Below the pieces are notes generated by a model. It made no database searches and was not told where the DNA came from. It saw nothing but the letters and a program-made list of their open reading frames with translations. 64,000 bases of DNA from a virus (Duplodnaviria; Caudoviricetes). Below, piece after piece: positions 45,520 through 54,636 of this stretch. Where the stretch lies: IMG/VR virus record IMGVR_UViG_3300033076_001354, positions 1 to 64,000 of that record, one strand, 5' to 3'. Position numbers and translations under genes: made by a program. The stretch's first letter is position 1; each line of letters opens with the position of its first letter.

Positions 45520-45828
45520 ATGCTGATGTCGTTGACGGAAGTAGAATAGACATTCTGGACGCGGGGGCAGTACCCGCCGCCTCCACCAAAATTAAAGCGC
45601 GCTGCGCGTCTAAAGCTAAAGTTAAAGCATACTTTAATTTTTATAAAAGACGCTTAAATTAAAGTATGCTTTAATTTTGATGGGGGCGAAACAGGATCGA
45701 CAGGTGTGGTAAAGACTGGCCTGAGACTGAAGCGACAAAACTAAATGCAAACGATAACTTTGCACCTAGCTTAGCACTCGCTGCCTAAGCATGAGCCCGA
45801 GGGGAGCTTGGAAACAGAATCCCCTCAC
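45520..45828 (+). ncRNA. ssrA: circularly permuted two-piece tmRNA (alphaproteobacterial type)
   Basis: Acceptor piece ends GGGGGCAGTACCCGCCGCCTCCACCA (45588); intervening segment; coding piece starts GGGGGCGAAACAGGATCGAC (45682); tag ANDNFAPSLALAA* at 45747-45788; outer ends approximate. Confidence 0.92.
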
Positions 45829-45845
45829 TTTCTTTTTGGAATCAC

Positions 45846-47168
45846 ATGAAAACATTCTGCCCACTACCTTGGAACGGTGTATCCGTACGGAACAACGGCG
45901 ACCTGCGAGTCTGCTGCAACGCGAATTCATATACTAAGAACCAAGGCATCCTTCGCAAGAAGGACGGCAAACCCTACAACGTAGGACGCGACGACATAGG
46001 TGAGTCGCGCAACTCAGACGTTCTCAAGGACATCCGCGTCTCGATGCTGCACGGAGAGTGGCACGAGGAGTGCACGAGGTGTAGGCTCGAGGAAGAAGCC
46101 GGCATCAAGTCGCGCCGCGAGTATGAGAACGAGATCTGGCCGGACGTCAAGCACGAGGTTCTCAATAAGACCGACGACGACGGGACGATCGACACCGACG
46201 ACATCAACCTCGACTACTTCGACCTTCGCTACGGAAACTTCTGCAACCTCAAGTGCAGGATGTGCGGACCAACCGACTCACACATGTGGTACGGCGATCA
46301 CGTAGCGACGACTGGATACACGGGATTCACAGACTCACACGGCCGCGTTCAACTCACAAAGAACGCAAAGGGCAAGTGGTCGACCAACGACTACGACTGG
46401 TTTCAGGGATCCAACTTCTACTGGGATCAGTTTGAGAAGCACACGAAGAACGCCACGAAGTTCTACATCGTGGGCGGTGAGCCGCTCATCATCGAGGAGC
46501 ACATTCAGTCTCTCGAGCGGCTCATAGCCTCAGGCAGGGCGCATGAGGTTGAGATAGAGTACAACACAAACCTAACGAACGTCACCGACAGGATCATCGA
46601 GCTTTGGAAGCACTTCAAGGAGATTCGAGTCGGCGCGTCGATCGACGGCTTCGGTGAAGTGTTTGAGTACCAAAGGTTCCCAGCCAATTGGGACCAAGTA
46701 TATAAGAATATGCAGAAGCTCGATTCGACGCCGGGACTCAATGTTGTAGCTTGGTTCGCGTACACCGTGACGCCTTTCAACATACTTCACCTTCCTGAGT
46801 TCATGAAGTGGAAGCTGACCGACTCTGGACTGAAGAGCTTCAACTCAATAAAGCAGGCTCGCAAGATCGTCAGCCACCACATGTGTCACAGACCTAAGCA
46901 CTACAACGTCAAGTGTCTGCCCGACGACTTCAAGCGCGTAGTCGATAAGAAGTTCGCTGAGTACAAAGACTGGGCTATTCGCAACCAACCCGAGTTTATA
47001 TCCGCACAGTTCATCAAGCTCCTCGACGGGGTTTCGAGCTTCATGAACGCCGAGAGCTACTACGACGAGCACTTCGACAAGTTCGTCGGTCTTACTAAGA
47101 AGCTTGATGAGCTGCGCGGTCAAAGCATTCTAGACGTCGTCCCAGAGTTCGAGGAGTATTTCAAGTGA
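45846..47168 (+). CDS. twitch-domain radical SAM protein
   Basis: CPLPW..VCC..CTRC; CNLKCRMC; GGEP; YNTN. Confidence 0.9.
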   Translation: MKTFCPLPWNGVSVRNNGDLRVCCNANSYTKNQGILRKKDGKPYNVGRDDIGESRNSDVLKDIRVSMLHGEWHEECTRCRLEEEAGIKSRREYENEIWPDVKHEVLNKTDDDGTIDTDDINLDYFDLRYGNFCNLKCRMCGPTDSHMWYGDHVATTGYTGFTDSHGRVQLTKNAKGKWSTNDYDWFQGSNFYWDQFEKHTKNATKFYIVGGEPLIIEEHIQSLERLIASGRAHEVEIEYNTNLTNVTDRIIELWKHFKEIRVGASIDGFGEVFEYQRFPANWDQVYKNMQKLDSTPGLNVVAWFAYTVTPFNILHLPEFMKWKLTDSGLKSFNSIKQARKIVSHHMCHRPKHYNVKCLPDDFKRVVDKKFAEYKDWAIRNQPEFISAQFIKLLDGVSSFMNAESYYDEHFDKFVGLTKKLDELRGQSILDVVPEFEEYFK

Positions 47169-47401
47169 AGATCAATAAACTCAAAGTTCCGATCGAGATG
47201 ATTCAGGAGATCGAAGCTCTCGTCAAGAAGAGAAACCTTGAGTACATCGACGCGGTGATCTACTACTGCGAGAAGAACGACCTCGAGGTTGAGACTATGG
47301 CGGAGATCATCAAGCAGAACTCCGCGATCAAGTCAAAGATCCAGTTCGAGGCAGAGAACTTAAAGATGGTAAAGAGGACGTCGGCCCGCCTTCCAATATG
47401 A
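47165..47401 (+). CDS. gp33: late transcription co-activator (T4 gp33)
   Basis: IE..V....YIDA...YCE...E.E......KI..EA; upstream of gp59 and gp32. Confidence 0.85.
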   Translation: MKINKLKVPIEMIQEIEALVKKRNLEYIDAVIYYCEKNDLEVETMAEIIKQNSAIKSKIQFEAENLKMVKRTSARLPI

Positions 47402-48003
47402 CACAGTTTGAAGCTTTTCAACTATACAATGCACTCCACCTGCACTTCACGCAGGACAGCTACGACTACCACAAGTACCGCGGCAAGACTCGAGTGACCG
47501 AGCACTCGCTTGATGTTCGACCCGATAAGTACATGTTCTATAAGCTGTCGAAGCACGAGGATCCCCTGATCTACCTCGTGTCAAACTTCTCTGAGAACTC
47601 TAAGTTCTACTCTCGCGATATGTTCAGCGTCGCGTCCGACCTCAACTACAATGAGTTCTTGAGGCGACAACAATCCTTGACATATCAGTTCGAGTGTGAT
47701 ATAGATAATCTATTGGAAGACTTCGACAAGAACTTCGAGGTGCCGGCTGGAGACTATCCCCACCTTCTCAAGCTGCTTACCCGCAAGAAGATCACCAAAG
47801 AAACTTTCATCATCATCCAAGACTGCGTACGCTTCTTCGGTGCATGGAACAAACGGATCACCGACCCGGTGCTCTGGCCTAAGATCGCGATGAATTGCAA
47901 GAAGCTTTACCCCTTCTTGAGTTATGATCTCGATAAATACCGTGGGATCTTGAAGAACAAGTTCTCACACACATCGTATACACCGCAACACAACGGAGAA
48001 TAA
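47398..48003 (+). CDS. gp59: helicase loader (T4 gp59)
   Basis: Y.AL.LHF...YDY.KY.GK; synteny. Confidence 0.85.
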   Translation: MTQFEAFQLYNALHLHFTQDSYDYHKYRGKTRVTEHSLDVRPDKYMFYKLSKHEDPLIYLVSNFSENSKFYSRDMFSVASDLNYNEFLRRQQSLTYQFECDIDNLLEDFDKNFEVPAGDYPHLLKLLTRKKITKETFIIIQDCVRFFGAWNKRITDPVLWPKIAMNCKKLYPFLSYDLDKYRGILKNKFSHTSYTPQHNGE

Positions 48004-48004
48004 A

Positions 48005-48916
48005 ATGGCAACATCATTCGACTCACTCAAACAGAATCGTAAGTCTGCATTCGATAAACTTACGAGCGAGCTCAACAAGCTCAGCACCAACCAGCAAGAC
48101 TCCTCAGACGACAGCTATTGGAAGCCCGAGGTCGACAAGGCCGGCAACGGCTACGCGGTCATCCGCTTCCTCCCGCCCCCGCAGGGCGAGGACGTTCCAT
48201 TCGTTCGCATCTGGGATCATGGCTTCCAAGGCGACGGTGGTTGGTACATTGAGAAGTCGCTGACGACTATCGGCAAGCCCGATCCCGTCGGTGAGCTCAA
48301 CAGCAAGCTTTGGAATTCTGGCGTCGAAGCCGACAAAGAAATCGCGCGCAAGCAGAAGCGCCGCCTCGCTTATCACTCGAACATCTACGTCGTCAAGGAT
48401 TCTGCGAATCCCGCGAACGAGGGCAAGGTGTTCCTGTATAAGTACGGCAAGAAGATCTTCGACAAGATCAACGAAGCCATGCACCCACAGTTCGAGGGTG
48501 AAGTGGCGATCAACCCGTTCGATCTTTGGGAAGGTGCGAACTTCAAGCTGAAGATTCGCAACGTCGAGGGCTATCGCAACTACGATAAGTCCGAGTTCGA
48601 CGATCCGGCACCGCTGCTGAACGACGACGATAAGCTTGAAGCGATTTGGAAGTCTGAGCACTCGCTTAGCGAACTCATCGATCCTAAGAACTTCAAGTCT
48701 TACGATGAGCTCAAAGCGCGCTTGTCTCGTGCACTCGGTGTCGGTGTTGAAGCTGCACGCGCAGCGGCACCCCGCATCGATGAAGACGAAGCCTTCCCAG
48801 TCCCGCAGAAAGCGGCGGCTGCACCTAAGGTTGAGTCCGCCGCTCCTTCATGGAACAACTCCATGGATGACGACGACGATGACTTGAGCTTCTTTAAGAA
48901 GATGGCGAACGACTAA
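48005..48916 (+). CDS. gp32: single-stranded DNA-binding protein (T4 gp32)
   Basis: DKAGNGYAVIRFLP, WYIE.SL.T, GKKIFDK, acidic tail. Confidence 0.97.
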   Translation: MATSFDSLKQNRKSAFDKLTSELNKLSTNQQDSSDDSYWKPEVDKAGNGYAVIRFLPPPQGEDVPFVRIWDHGFQGDGGWYIEKSLTTIGKPDPVGELNSKLWNSGVEADKEIARKQKRRLAYHSNIYVVKDSANPANEGKVFLYKYGKKIFDKINEAMHPQFEGEVAINPFDLWEGANFKLKIRNVEGYRNYDKSEFDDPAPLLNDDDKLEAIWKSEHSLSELIDPKNFKSYDELKARLSRALGVGVEAARAAAPRIDEDEAFPVPQKAAAAPKVESAAPSWNNSMDDDDDDLSFFKKMAND

Positions 48917-50955
48917 TAAGCGTTTCGCCTCAACGAACTTCCGTACAGTCTCTCATCGTAGGGACCCGGAGGGCCACTAGGACTACCGACGCCGGCGGAG
49001 ACTTGGTTTCCACCGGCGTTTCCGTTTGAAACGTTGTTGTTGACGGTGTCGCCTTGATTGATCACGGTCACGTTGGCGGCTGAGTTGGCTGGACCGTTGC
49101 TGACTTTAGCTATGCTGTCGTTCTTGAGCTTCTGCTCAGCGGCTATCTTTTTTTCTAAGTCGCTTTCGCGCTTCTTCCTAGCGGCTTCGGTCTCAGCCAT
49201 AACTTTTTTATAGTTCTTTTGAGCCTCTTCGAACTGAGGAGTCACCGGTGTGAAAGCTGCCGTCTCAGGCCCATACATGGAGCGCTCGCGCAGATCGGCG
49301 TCGGCTGCTTCATCGTACATCTTTTTAGCTTCTGCCCTGCGAGCTTCTTCTTCTTTCGTAAACCTAGCGCTCAATATATCCTGCTTACGTACTTCGGCGG
49401 CTGAACTTACGGTTCCCGGAAGAAGTGGACTCAATTCGTCGCGAGCGCGATTGATGAATCTCTGTGTATATTCACCGCCGACTTCACCGACTTTTTGGAG
49501 AACACCTTTAGCTCCGGTCTTTTCAGCGGCGTATTCTAAACCTTCACTGGTCGCCATGCCAACGCCTGTACCGATCGCGAATCCACCGACTGGAGTGGCC
49601 ACTGGAGATGAAGCGACACCCGCAAAAGTACCGACCGCGCCGGCGATACCTTCTTTAACGCCGGTGTAAGTTACGGCTTCACCTCGAGCGCGCGCCGCGA
49701 TCATATCGAGCTCTTCAAAAGCTTTAGACGCCTGCGCAAAAGTTATCTTACCGCTGGCGAGCTGCTCTTGCACCTTTGATTTTGCTTTTTCAACTTCTTC
49801 GAGCTTTGGGTTAGAAGATAAATCGGTGATGATACCCAACGCAGCTCCGAGCAGAGCGCCGCCCTTGATTCCATATCCAGCCTTGGGTGATACCTTAGGC
49901 TCAGGTCTACCAAAGAAACCACCCTCCACACCCGGCTTTATATCACCGATGCTTGGAGTCACGGTTCCCGGTTTAGTCAAACCTAATTCCGCAGCGACCT
50001 TGTTTGAAACAAATTTATTCTTATTATTAAGATCCTGCCACCTGCCAGTTTTCTCATTCCAAACTATATTCGGCTCAGCCGCTTGAGGAGTGATCGCAGG
50101 TGCTTCCGGCGCAGCGCCCAGTGTAGGTTCGATGCGCTGCTTAACGCCAGAGATTTCTCGAGAAGCGGGTTTGGGTTCCGGCGTCGGCTTAACTTCAGGT
50201 TCGGCCGAGACGGTAGGTTCAACCCTTCCTTTGCCTTTGGCTTCTTCAGCCATCTGCTCAAAGGTAGTCTTTTGACGCTCTTTCGTTTTACCCGAACTAG
50301 CTTTGTCGACTTCTTCTGTTTTGATTTTTGATGAAGCTTTATCGACTTCTTCTGTTTTGATTTTTGAAGAAGCTTTATCTGGAGCCTCTTCCGCTTTGGC
50401 CTTTGAAGAAGCTTTATCTTCTCTACCGGTGGTCAGCTTCTTAGCAATCTCGGCAAGAGCGGCCGCGCCTAATACGTCACCGATTACACTTGGCGATGGG
50501 GCTTCGTCTTTCTTGACCGTGGCGTTGGTCGTGGCGCCCTTCTGCTTGCTAAAGATGTCCTGCAGCTTGTCGTTGAGCTTGTCGCTGTGAAGCGAGTTCT
50601 TCAGCAGGAGATTCTGCAGGAGCTCGTTGTTTGACTCATAGTACTTGCTGCTGGCCGTCAGAAGGTTGTTGAGCAGTCCATTGGTCTGCTTCGCCAGAGT
50701 CACGAGCTCCTTCTGACCCTCTTTGATGTCTTTGATGTTTTGATTGGCGACCTTTGAGATCTCGACGCTCTCTTTCGAGGAGTCAGCGGACTGCTTTGAG
50801 ATCTTACCCGTAGCTTTAGTAGTCTCAAGAGTATCCTTCATCGTCTTCGACAGCTCAGTCTTGAGCTCCTCGATGGCTTTCGCCGCGGGACCCCCGCGCA
50901 AACCACCTTCGCGCATAAGCTGCTCAAGAATCTGTTCGCCTGTCTGTTTAGCCAT
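48913..50955 (-). CDS. tape-measure-like / baseplate hub protein
   Basis: Helical, with Ala/Gly-rich hydrophobic stretches; follows gp26/gp51; ATG overlaps the gp51 stop. Confidence 0.55.
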   Translation of the reverse strand: MAKQTGEQILEQLMREGGLRGGPAAKAIEELKTELSKTMKDTLETTKATGKISKQSADSSKESVEISKVANQNIKDIKEGQKELVTLAKQTNGLLNNLLTASSKYYESNNELLQNLLLKNSLHSDKLNDKLQDIFSKQKGATTNATVKKDEAPSPSVIGDVLGAAALAEIAKKLTTGREDKASSKAKAEEAPDKASSKIKTEEVDKASSKIKTEEVDKASSGKTKERQKTTFEQMAEEAKGKGRVEPTVSAEPEVKPTPEPKPASREISGVKQRIEPTLGAAPEAPAITPQAAEPNIVWNEKTGRWQDLNNKNKFVSNKVAAELGLTKPGTVTPSIGDIKPGVEGGFFGRPEPKVSPKAGYGIKGGALLGAALGIITDLSSNPKLEEVEKAKSKVQEQLASGKITFAQASKAFEELDMIAARARGEAVTYTGVKEGIAGAVGTFAGVASSPVATPVGGFAIGTGVGMATSEGLEYAAEKTGAKGVLQKVGEVGGEYTQRFINRARDELSPLLPGTVSSAAEVRKQDILSARFTKEEEARRAEAKKMYDEAADADLRERSMYGPETAAFTPVTPQFEEAQKNYKKVMAETEAARKKRESDLEKKIAAEQKLKNDSIAKVSNGPANSAANVTVINQGDTVNNNVSNGNAGGNQVSAGVGSPSGPPGPYDERLYGSSLRRNAY
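50299..50418 (-). repeat. in-frame 36-39 bp tandem repeat (DKASSKIKTEEV)
   Basis: Four DKASS units visible in both DNA and protein. Confidence 0.8.
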
Positions 50956-51122
50956 TATTGATTCTTCTGGTTTTGTTCTTCTATGTAGTTGGCCAGCATA
51001 TCGATGAAGAGATCCCGCTCGTAGGGATACATGTCGTTCCAATCGGACATACTGTATTTATGGTGCTGCATCATAGAAAACATAGTCTTATAATAGACCG
51101 GAATGCTGCTATATCCGGTCAA
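50955..51122 (-). CDS. gp51: gp51-like baseplate hub assembly protein (55 aa, missed by the ORF track)
   Basis: YYKTMFSMMQHHKYSMSDWNDMYPYERDLFI. Confidence 0.75.
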   Translation of the reverse strand: MTGYSSIPVYYKTMFSMMQHHKYSMSDWNDMYPYERDLFIDMLANYIEEQNQKNQ

Positions 51123-51853
51123 AATATAAAAAAATCCTTGAGACCCTTCATAACTACGGTTCTTTTGACACCGTTCGGTAGTACCACTTCGATCTCATGC
51201 TCGAGCGACGGGAGGGTGTCAAAGAACTTACGGATTTGGACCATGATGTCCGCTGGCAGGGATGAGATGAACTTGTCAAGCTCCTCTTTGGTGAACTCCG
51301 ACCGACCGTACATCTTCTCGGCGTCGTAGACTGCATCGACACAGTCGAGGAACATGTCATAGATGTACTCGTCGACTTTCGTGCTGGTAAACTCTTCTTT
51401 CTGTATCATGTCCTCGAGCTTCAAGATGTGGCCCACGTTCGGGTAGTTCATCTTGATGACCATGTCGTCGTTGATCTTGATCGTGCTTGAGTGCTCGGGA
51501 TTGAACTTGACTTTGACCTGCTCGAGGTCGACCGTGAACGGGACGCGAACTGACTTACCTTCGACTTCTTCCGTGTAGTTCAACTCAACCACGTTGCTGA
51601 CCGACACCTTGCGGATGTTTAAGAATAGGTACTCGATGTCGAACATCGCGAGCTTATCGACGTTGATGTCGTCGAAGACGCAGTTCTTGATGATCTGCTT
51701 GATCGTTCCGATGATCTCGTCGACGTCGGTCGACATCTTCATGATGAGAAGAAGCTTCTCCTCCTGCACCGTATATGGTCTGTATGAAACGGTCGTGCCT
51801 GTCGACGGCACGGTGATCTTGAATACCGGATGCTTAATCACGGGTAAGGGCAT
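51119..51853 (-). CDS. gp26: baseplate hub subunit (T4 gp26-like)
   Basis: LP.I..P, YRPY.V.EEK.LL, FD.EYLFL.IR..SV, GL.DFF. Confidence 0.85.
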   Translation of the reverse strand: MPLPVIKHPVFKITVPSTGTTVSYRPYTVQEEKLLLIMKMSTDVDEIIGTIKQIIKNCVFDDINVDKLAMFDIEYLFLNIRKVSVSNVVELNYTEEVEGKSVRVPFTVDLEQVKVKFNPEHSSTIKINDDMVIKMNYPNVGHILKLEDMIQKEEFTSTKVDEYIYDMFLDCVDAVYDAEKMYGRSEFTKEELDKFISSLPADIMVQIRKFFDTLPSLEHEIEVVLPNGVKRTVVMKGLKDFFIF

Positions 51854-51864
51854 AATCTACTCCA

Positions 51865-52629
51865 TTATCTAAGTGTTGATGCGAACGCGGTGACCCCTGA
51901 AATGAGTGCGGCTGGGTTTCGCCTGCCGTTCTGAAGAAGGTTGAGGCCAAAAGCATAAGCCCCACCTATGTTGAACCTATTCTGTGCGTAGTAAGAAGCT
52001 TGAAGCCTCTGCGACTCTGAGTAGTCCATCACCGACGCAGGGATCGCTTTCGTGTCCCAGTTGTTGTAGGCGAAAGCCACGGGAAGTCTAGTGAGTGAGT
52101 CGTTCTGTTCCCAGCCAACGTTGACGTTGCCGAGCGTCATAGGAAACGCTTTGGTCAGTGTGTACTTCATGATCTCCCTGCCGGCTCTTCCGGCGTTTGG
52201 ATCTAAGAAGTGAATCTCGATGACGCCTTCGTATTCTTCTGGGTAGGCATACTCACCATACGCTAGGTTTGAACCCTGCATCACGCCGTTCTGATCGACG
52301 CTGAAGTTGTAGACCATCGCTATCCACTTCTGAAAGAAGTCGAGCACTTTACCGTCTGAGTCGACCAAGAACGACATCTCGACGGGATTAAACGATGTGT
52401 CGTTCGGCCTGTTCTCACTCGTGCCGTAGCCGAGAGGCTTGACTGGTTGAGTTGAGAACGTAAATCCGGGAAGGACCGCGGTGTCGCAGAAGAAGTGCGC
52501 TTCCCTCGGGTAGCTCATTCCCTGAAGAGCTTTAGGCACCTTTGAGACCATAACATAGAAGTGCGACGGCTTGGCAAGACCGCCTCTCCGGTTGATAGCC
52601 GACGTCATGTCTGATATGTTGAATGCCAT
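51865..52629 (-). CDS. tail tube-fold protein (gp54/gp19-like)
   Basis: GGLA.P..F.V, C....LPG, FF..W, Y..EY, AFP, L.V.F.Y..W. Confidence 0.7.
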   Translation of the reverse strand: MAFNISDMTSAINRRGGLAKPSHFYVMVSKVPKALQGMSYPREAHFFCDTAVLPGFTFSTQPVKPLGYGTSENRPNDTSFNPVEMSFLVDSDGKVLDFFQKWIAMVYNFSVDQNGVMQGSNLAYGEYAYPEEYEGVIEIHFLDPNAGRAGREIMKYTLTKAFPMTLGNVNVGWEQNDSLTRLPVAFAYNNWDTKAIPASVMDYSESQRLQASYYAQNRFNIGGAYAFGLNLLQNGRRNPAALISGVTAFASTLR

Positions 52630-53219
52630 TATAGTTTTCTCATTATGCTTTGAGAGTCGTTAAAGACCGTTCTTTTATTTACATTGAATCTCTCGAGCGG
52701 CAGGAACAGAGCGATGTCCCACTCGTTCGAGGGAACCAAAAGAAACCTAGTCTTGAGGTGTGAGTATAAGTACCGCTTGACGCACGGGGCGATCAGCCTG
52801 TGCCTAGAAACGCTGTTGAGAATATCGTAGGACATCCTCAGCTTGGTCTTCTCGTCGAACTTATTGTTGGTCACCAAGCTGTACAGGGAATCCATCAGCC
52901 TCGCGCGAAGAAGGTGGGGAAGGTAGTGCATGTTGATGCCGGTGAACCCATCGTTCTGAACCGAGAATGGAAACACGAGCGGGAACCTATCGTAGTAAGG
53001 GAGCGTGTCTTTATGCTTCGCGTCGTACACGAACATGTACATGTATCCCGGCATAGGGATTCGCCTCTGAAGCTCGGCGTTGCTGTTCATCAGCTTCGTC
53101 TCGTTCATTCTCGCGACCGACCTAGCCTTCTCGCGAAACCAATCGCGTGAGTCCACGAATCCCGGTCTGACAAAGTTTTGTCTACCCTGCTCGAGAATAT
53201 CTGTAAACAGCTGAGCCAT
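52629..53219 (-). CDS. gp2: DNA end protector (T4 gp2)
   Basis: YDAKHKDTLPYYDRFPL, GINMHYL, W..A..LP. Confidence 0.9.
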   Translation of the reverse strand: MAQLFTDILEQGRQNFVRPGFVDSRDWFREKARSVARMNETKLMNSNAELQRRIPMPGYMYMFVYDAKHKDTLPYYDRFPLVFPFSVQNDGFTGINMHYLPHLLRARLMDSLYSLVTNNKFDEKTKLRMSYDILNSVSRHRLIAPCVKRYLYSHLKTRFLLVPSNEWDIALFLPLERFNVNKRTVFNDSQSIMRKL

Positions 53220-53656
53220 TACTTGATACCGATCTCTTTCTCAGTCATGATCTTAAACTTCCAGTTCCTGTCTTTACAGAACTCATTCGCCGCTTTCCAC
53301 TTTGCCTGATTAACGCCGTATTGAAACACTTCTTTGAGGTACCTGCGCGGGTGGGCAGGATTCTTCTTAGGCTCTATCGTCTGGCTGTAGGGCTTGACCT
53401 CGATCATCAGTGTCGATAGGTCGCCACTCGCCTCGCGCATCTTCACGATGAAGTCAGGAAAATACCTGTGAATCCTGTTGTCCACGGGAGATACGTACGG
53501 GATCGCGAGCTCCTCTGAGCCCCAGTTCAATACGTTGGGATGCTGATCGAAGTACCTCATCAACCTAAGCTCCCAGAGACTCCTGTAGATTATGTTTGTT
53601 GGATCACCGACGTATTTCTGTGGATACTTGGGCTTGAATCTTCCCTTGTACGACAT
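53219..53656 (-). CDS. gp4: head completion nuclease (T4 gp4)
   Basis: YKG.F.P..P.KY.GD, YRS.WE, RYFPDF, IEVKP, N.AKW.AA. Confidence 0.92.
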   Translation of the reverse strand: MSYKGRFKPKYPQKYVGDPTNIIYRSLWELRLMRYFDQHPNVLNWGSEELAIPYVSPVDNRIHRYFPDFIVKMREASGDLSTLMIEVKPYSQTIEPKKNPAHPRRYLKEVFQYGVNQAKWKAANEFCKDRNWKFKIMTEKEIGIK

Positions 53657-53666
53657 GCATTTTCTC

Positions 53667-53674
53667 TATAAATA
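53667..53674 (+). promoter_or_regulatory. late promoter TATAAATA (rightward)
   Basis: Exact consensus; drives the baseplate operon. Confidence 0.8.
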
Positions 53675-53683
53675 TCTATGAAC

Positions 53684-53691
53684 TATTTATA
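53684..53691 (-). promoter_or_regulatory. late promoter TATAAATA (leftward)
   Basis: TATTTATA on +; drives the gp4-gp2 operon; faces the rightward promoter. Confidence 0.8.
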
Positions 53692-53703
53692 AGGAAAGTC
53701 AAG

Positions 53704-54636
53704 ATGCCCGAAGGCAGAGATACTCCGTCGACTCCAACAAATGGTGGTACCGTTACAAGCGGAGCGTACAACCTAACGAACGCCGACTATTTCACCAAGA
53801 TATACGCGTTCGACTACAAGAGGACTCGTCCGTCGGATCCATTGAAGATCGATCCCGTCTTTACTTTAAACATGCCTCTTCCAATACAATTTCCCGCCGA
53901 TCACTACTCGGCTTCGACGAATCCTATAGATCTTGGGATCGTGGGAAACACATATGAAACACTTACAAACTTCGGTGACTCTGACTACAGGGATAAAATG
54001 ATTGCCGGAACGATTGCAGGCGGCGCAGCCATTGCAGGTGTCATGGGAGCTATTTCCGCTTTGACGAAAAAAAGAACTGCAGCCGACGTAGGCGTTCAGG
54101 CCGGCGGCTTGGCTTTAGGCGCTTTAAACCAAGCGTCGCCATACATAGGAGCTTATAGCGGCATAGTTAAGAATCCAAAGACGGCGCTACTTTTCAACGG
54201 CATGAACCTTAGACAAATCACGTATGTTTTTAGATTGACTCCAAGAAATGAAGACGAAAGTATGGATATTCAATCCGTGTTAACTGTTACCAGAAACGCG
54301 ATGCATCCGACTTACAATAAAACTTTCAATTCTTTTGCTCTCGACTATCCTAGATTATTCACCGTATCATATGATGATAAAACAAGTAAAGTTATGGGTT
54401 ATCCAAAGATGGCGCCGTCATTCTTGATCGATATGCAGATAAACAATGCAAGTGCAGGCAACGCTTTCTTTAAGAACGGGCTTCCGGCTATTGTTGATCT
54501 AAGCTTAACATTCGCTGAAATAGACATGAAGACTCGCGAAAGCTTCAATGGACGCTACAGAAAAGAATCAGCACCTGCGGGGGAAGATCAACCCGATCTT
54601 ACGCTCTATGGTGTCTCTGGATTATCGGGTGCGTAA
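53704..54636 (+). CDS. gp48: baseplate tail-tube cap (T4 gp48-like)
   Basis: NP....LF.G...R...F...PRN..ES..I, L.L.F.E. Confidence 0.75.
   Translation: MPEGRDTPSTPTNGGTVTSGAYNLTNADYFTKIYAFDYKRTRPSDPLKIDPVFTLNMPLPIQFPADHYSASTNPIDLGIVGNTYETLTNFGDSDYRDKMIAGTIAGGAAIAGVMGAISALTKKRTAADVGVQAGGLALGALNQASPYIGAYSGIVKNPKTALLFNGMNLRQITYVFRLTPRNEDESMDIQSVLTVTRNAMHPTYNKTFNSFALDYPRLFTVSYDDKTSKVMGYPKMAPSFLIDMQINNASAGNAFFKNGLPAIVDLSLTFAEIDMKTRESFNGRYRKESAPAGEDQPDLTLYGVSGLSGA

Noticed and set aside
50956-51042. 5' extension of computed ORF 48913-51042
   Set aside because: This stretch is occupied by the gp51-like gene in another frame; the ATG at 50955 is coupled to its stop
53219-53656. TnsA transposase suggesting a Tn7-like element
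   Set aside because: Same fold, but synteny with gp2, gp48 and gp53 identifies it as head completion gp4
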